NCBI GenBank assembly: GCA_031459915.1
Contig: JAVKHO010000004.1
Location: 96,001 to 160,000, forward strand
Origin: Candidatus Tepidifontimicrobium thermophilum
Lineage (GTDB): Bacteria; Sysuimicrobiota; Sysuimicrobiia; Sysuimicrobiales; Sysuimicrobiaceae
Direction: 5' to 3'
DNA: 64,000 nt
Position numbers and translations under genes: made by a program. This document shows positions 60,209-64,000 of this stretch, in pieces; positions within the stretch are counted from its first letter, which is position 1, and the number at the start of each line of letters is the position of its first letter. The notes below the pieces were generated by a model, which was not told the origin of the DNA, did no database searches, and saw nothing but the letters and a program-made list of their open reading frames with translations.

Positions 60209-61324
60209 TCAGGCCCGCAGGACCTCCTCCAAGGGCGTGAAGGCCAGGCCGTGGGCTTCCGCCACGCCCGGGTGAGTGACCCGGCCGTCGACCACGTTCA
60301 GCCCGCGCGCCAGGGCCGGGTCCTGCCGGCACGCTTCCCGCCAACCCTTCCGGGCCAGGGCGATGGCGTAGCCCACGGTGGCGTTGGTGAGCGCCACGGT
60401 GGACGTACGGGGGACCGCCGCGGGCATGTTGGTAACCCCGTAGTGGATCACGCCGCCCCACTCGTACACGGGCTGGCTGTGGCTGGTCGGCCGGATGGTC
60501 TCCACGCACCCGCCCTGGTCTACCGACACGTCCACGATCACCGACCCTGGCTTCATAGCACGGACCAAGTCCGCGGGTACCAGCTTGGGGGTGCGGGCGC
60601 CCGGGACCAGCACGGCACCGATGAGCACGTCCGCGTAGGCCACCGCCTGTTCCACTGTGTACGGGTTGCTGGCCAGCACCTGGATGCGACCGTGCAGGAT
60701 GTCGTCCAGGTGGGCCATCCGCCGCGGGTTCCGCTCCAGGACGGTGACCTGGGCACCCATCCCCAGGGCCACCTTGGCCGCGTTGGTCCCCACCACCCCA
60801 CCGCCCAGCACCACCACGGTTCCGGGGGCCACACCCGTGACCCCTCCCAGCAGGGTGCCCTTCCCGCCCTGCGTGCGCTTGAGGTAGTAGCTGGCCTCCT
60901 GCACCGCCAGCTTGCCCGCCACCTCACTCATGGGCGTAAGCAGAGGTAGCTCTCCGTCCGGCAACTGGACGGTCTCGTACGCCAGCCCCACCGCCCCGGA
61001 ACGCAGCAGCGCGTGGGTGAGCGCCTCGTCCGCAGCTAGGTGGAGGTAGGTGAACAGCACCAGCCCCCGGCGCAGGTACCCGTACTCCTCGGGCAGAGGC
61101 TCCTTGACCTTCATCACCAGCTCGCAGCCCCACGCTTCCGCCGGGTCCCGGGTGATGCGGGCTCCCCGGCGCACGTACTCCTCGTCCGAGAACCCGCTGC
61201 CTTCACCCGCGCCAGACTCCACCACCACCTGACAGCCGGCCTCCACCAGCTGCATCACGCCCGCCGGGGTCAGGCCCACCCGGTACTCGCCGTCCTTGCG
61301 CTCCCTCGGCACCCCCACCCTCAT
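60209..61324 (-). CDS. ald: Alanine dehydrogenase
   Basis: [54 protein letters not shown]. Confidence 0.96.
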   Translation of the reverse strand: MRVGVPRERKDGEYRVGLTPAGVMQLVEAGCQVVVESGAGEGSGFSDEEYVRRGARITRDPAEAWGCELVMKVKEPLPEEYGYLRRGLVLFTYLHLAADEALTHALLRSGAVGLAYETVQLPDGELPLLTPMSEVAGKLAVQEASYYLKRTQGGKGTLLGGVTGVAPGTVVVLGGGVVGTNAAKVALGMGAQVTVLERNPRRMAHLDDILHGRIQVLASNPYTVEQAVAYADVLIGAVLVPGARTPKLVPADLVRAMKPGSVIVDVSVDQGGCVETIRPTSHSQPVYEWGGVIHYGVTNMPAAVPRTSTVALTNATVGYAIALARKGWREACRQDPALARGLNVVDGRVTHPGVAEAHGLAFTPLEEVLRA

Positions 61325-61406
61325 GGGCACCTTTGAAGCTTCCACGCAGGCCGGCTTGCCTCCTGGTGGTACCATCGCGCCGGACCCCGACCGCGGGAGG
61401 ACCCAA

Positions 61407-62615
61407 ATGAACTCCTTGGCCCCGGCCGGAACCTCACGCGTCCTGTGGGCCGTAGCGTGGGCTGCCGCCGCGGCGGCGCGGGCCGCGTTGCTCTGGGCGC
61501 CTGGCCACCCCGCAGATCTGGCGGCCTTCCACGCCTGGGCACTGCGGCTGGCGGAGGTCGGGCCCTGGCGTTTCTACGCGCCGGGGCAGTTCGCGGACTA
61601 CCTGCCCGGCTACCTAGCGCTCCTGTGGCCCCTGGGGTTCTTGGTGCACGCGTGGCCGGGGGCAGCCGGCCCGCTCCTCAAAGCGGTCCCCGCTTCTGCG
61701 GACTTCGCGGTGGCGGCACTTCTGTGGCGCCTGGGGGGAACCCGGGGCCAGGCAGCGGCCGCGGCCTACCTGTGGAACCCCGCGGTCCTGCTGGCCGGGG
61801 CTTGGTGGGGCCAGGCGGAGTCCGTCTCGGTGGCGTGGCTGTTGGGCGGCGCCGTCGCCCTGCACCGAGGTAACCCAGGGTGGGCGGGAGTGCTGTTCGG
61901 GTGGGCGGCCCTCACGAAGCCGCAGTACGCGGCTGCCGGGACCCTGCTCCTGCTCGGCCTCGTCCGCGGCCGGGCCGGGCTTCGGACACTGGCGTGGAGT
62001 GCGGGGAGCTGCGCGCTCACCGTGACAGCAGGGGGGCTGCTGTTCGGCCTCTCACCCGTGGGGCTCGCGCGCCTTGCCGTTTCCGCCTCCACCACTTACC
62101 CCTACGGGTCGGTGAACGCCCTCAACCTGTGGTACCTCACCGGCCTGAACTGGAAGCCGGACACGCTGCCGGTCCTGGGCGTTGCGAGCTCGGTGTGGGG
62201 CCTCGTGCTGGCGTCCGTGGCCATAGCGTGGGTGGCCTGGCGTGTGGCGGCCCGTGGCGACCCAGCCGTGGCCGCCCTCGGCGCCTCCGCGGTGTGCGTG
62301 GTTGTCTTCGCCGTGGCCACCCGTATGCACGAACGGTACCTGTTCCCGGCGTTGCCCCTAGCCCTGGCCGCCTGGGCTCGCGGCTACAGCGGCGCAGCAC
62401 TCTGGGTCGCCCTCTCCGTCGTGCTGCTGGCCAACCTCGCGTACGGGTTCGCGTACGCGGCCAGCTTCCCGCAGTACGCCACCCCGCCCTGGCCGGCCCT
62501 GTGGCCGGTACTGTCCGGACCCGCTTCCTACGGAGCCGCACTGGCCACCGTCCTGCTGGCCGGGTGGAGCCTGTACGCCGCCGCCTCGGCGGTGCGCCGT
62601 GGCAGGGGGTGCTAG
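61407..62615 (+). CDS. GT-C-type integral membrane glycosyltransferase (mannosyltransferase-like)
   Basis: DYLPGY, WNPA....GAWWGQ.ES, KPQ, MHERYLFP; many TM segments. Confidence 0.8.
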   Translation: MNSLAPAGTSRVLWAVAWAAAAAARAALLWAPGHPADLAAFHAWALRLAEVGPWRFYAPGQFADYLPGYLALLWPLGFLVHAWPGAAGPLLKAVPASADFAVAALLWRLGGTRGQAAAAAYLWNPAVLLAGAWWGQAESVSVAWLLGGAVALHRGNPGWAGVLFGWAALTKPQYAAAGTLLLLGLVRGRAGLRTLAWSAGSCALTVTAGGLLFGLSPVGLARLAVSASTTYPYGSVNALNLWYLTGLNWKPDTLPVLGVASSVWGLVLASVAIAWVAWRVAARGDPAVAALGASAVCVVVFAVATRMHERYLFPALPLALAAWARGYSGAALWVALSVVLLANLAYGFAYAASFPQYATPPWPALWPVLSGPASYGAALATVLLAGWSLYAAASAVRRGRGC

Positions 62616-62624
62616 GCTGATACC

Positions 62625-63134
62625 GTGAGTGCTGACGCGAAGACGGTCAGTGCGCGCCTGCGGGAGCTGGCGGAGGCGTACGTGAGCGCCCTGCACCGCA
62701 GCCTGGGCTCCTCCCTGGTGTCCGCGGTGCTCTTCGGGTCCGTGGCCCGGGGCGAAGCCGGGCCGACCTCCGACGTGGACCTGCTCCTGGTGGTGGAGCG
62801 CCTTCCCGCCTCCCGGCTCGCCCGCCACGACGCGCTGGGCCCGGCGGACGAGGCCGTAGAACCGCTTCTGGAGGCGTTACGCAGGGACGGGATCCATACG
62901 GACGTCCACCCGATCCTCAAGACGCCTGACGAGGCCCGCCGACCTCGGCTTCTGTACCTGGACATGGTGGAGGACGCGGTCCTCCTCTACGACCGCGACG
63001 GCTTCTTCGGCTCCGTGCTGGACCGCATGCGCGAGTCGCTCCGTCGGCTGGGGGCGCGCAGGCTCCGGATAGGCCGTGTTCAGTACTGGGACCTCAAGCC
63101 CGACTACCGACCGGGAGAGGTGTTCGAGCTGTGA
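62625..63134 (+). CDS. Minimal nucleotidyltransferase (MNT)
   Basis: LFGSVARGEAGPTSDVDL (GS-x10-DxD). Confidence 0.9.
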   Translation: MSADAKTVSARLRELAEAYVSALHRSLGSSLVSAVLFGSVARGEAGPTSDVDLLLVVERLPASRLARHDALGPADEAVEPLLEALRRDGIHTDVHPILKTPDEARRPRLLYLDMVEDAVLLYDRDGFFGSVLDRMRESLRRLGARRLRIGRVQYWDLKPDYRPGEVFEL

Positions 63135-63562
63135 CCAATCGGACCGCGGCGCGCGCCCTCCTGAACCAGGCCACGGTGGTTCTGGAGGAGGCGCGCTCCC
63201 TGCGGCAGCGGGGAGCCTGGAACCTAGTGGTCCGCCGCTGTCAGGAGGTCGTGGAACTCTGCCTGAAGGCGGCGTTGCGCGCCGCCGGGGTGGAAGTCCC
63301 CCGACTGCACGACGTGGGAGCCACCCTCCGCGCCCACGCGGCCCGTTTCCCAGACCGACTGAGGCAGGAGGTCACCGAACTCGCCGCCATCTCCCGACGC
63401 CTGGCGCGGGAGCGCGAGCTCGCCTTTTATGGGGACGAGGAAACGGACACGCCGCCGCAGGACCTGTACGGGGAGTCCGACGCGGAGCGGGCCCTGGCGG
63501 ACGCGGAACGGGTGGTGAGCTGGACGGAGGCAGTCTTCAGGGGCCTTCCGGCTGGAGGCTGA
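63131..63562 (+). CDS. HEPN-domain protein paired with MNT
   Basis: CQEVVELCLKAAL, PRLHDV, R...FY; GTGA overlap with MNT. Confidence 0.88.
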   Translation: MTNRTAARALLNQATVVLEEARSLRQRGAWNLVVRRCQEVVELCLKAALRAAGVEVPRLHDVGATLRAHAARFPDRLRQEVTELAAISRRLARERELAFYGDEETDTPPQDLYGESDAERALADAERVVSWTEAVFRGLPAGG

Positions 63563-63604
63563 GCGGGCTACGAGCCGCTGGAGCGGTCCTGAGGTCGTGA
63601 GGCC

Positions 63605-64000
63605 CTAGGCCAGCTGAAAACGCACGCGTTCCCCAGGACGCTTCTGGGCCAGCCGGGGAAGGTCTTCCTCCACCACCACCGCCAGGACCGGGTAGCCGCC
63701 TGTGGTGGGGCCGTCCGGCATGAGCACGATGGGCTGCCCGGACGGCGGGACCTGCACCGCACCCACCACCATCCCCTCCGACAGGATCTCGCCGGCACCC
63801 GCGTGGGCAACTCGTGGGCCCTCCAGTCGGTAGCCGGAACGGTCGCTGCGGGCGGTGACCACGTACTCGTCGGCCAGGAAGCGGTCCAGGGCCCCTGGCT
63901 CGAAGGCCGCGAGGTGAGGACCCGCAACGACCCTCAGGGGCCCGGAGCCCCTGGGTGCAGCTGGCTTGGTTACGCCCGGGATCCTGCGGGCCCGACGCAC
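63605..64000 (-). CDS. pxpC: 5-oxoprolinase subunit C / allophanate hydrolase subunit 2 family, C-terminal part (cut by window edge)
   Basis: SDRSGYRL.G, GAVQVPPSGQPIVLM.D..TTGGYP. Confidence 0.85.
   Translation of the reverse strand: MRRARRIPGVTKPAAPRGSGPLRVVAGPHLAAFEPGALDRFLADEYVVTARSDRSGYRLEGPRVAHAGAGEILSEGMVVGAVQVPPSGQPIVLMPDGPTTGGYPVLAVVVEEDLPRLAQKRPGERVRFQLA

Noticed and set aside
62625..63562. MNT-HEPN pair as a novel defence system
   Set aside because: A common two-gene module; no clear Rx4-6H RNase motif and no extra defence genes nearby

Overview
Chromosomal window of a very GC-rich bacterium; the taxon cannot be assigned from sequence alone. Core genes: pckA, a PhoP/PhoR-like two-component pair, form I aerobic CO dehydrogenase coxMSL plus XdhC-YHS, tRNA-Ile(GAT), CIRCE-controlled groESL, an ArsR-regulated P1B-ATPase, tsaE-tsaB-rimI-tsaD, an ATP-dependent ligase, nagA, type IV pilus genes (pilB/pilT/pilC), a Liv-type ABC transporter, fadD, rpoZ, ald and an MNT-HEPN pair. 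Four things stand out. (1) An ~18 kb block after tRNA-Ile holds five PrsW-family intramembrane protease paralogues alternating with two families of small exported or membrane proteins, around a MalT-like NTPase/SARP-BTAD regulator; four transcription units carry an oriented TTAAG-N6-TTAAG direct repeat upstream. (2) A c-di-GMP-I riboswitch with its own promoter has no credible sense gene, reads into a long hairpin, and points antisense at the end of a gene run headed by an MshEN-PilB. (3) A divergent DnaB-like protein heads the pilT-pilC operon. (4) An excisionase/BldC-like HTH is fused in frame to CoxM, below a promoter covered by 9-bp direct repeats. All family calls come from reading motifs by eye, not from database searches; some start codons were re-chosen from RBS or stop/start overlap evidence.
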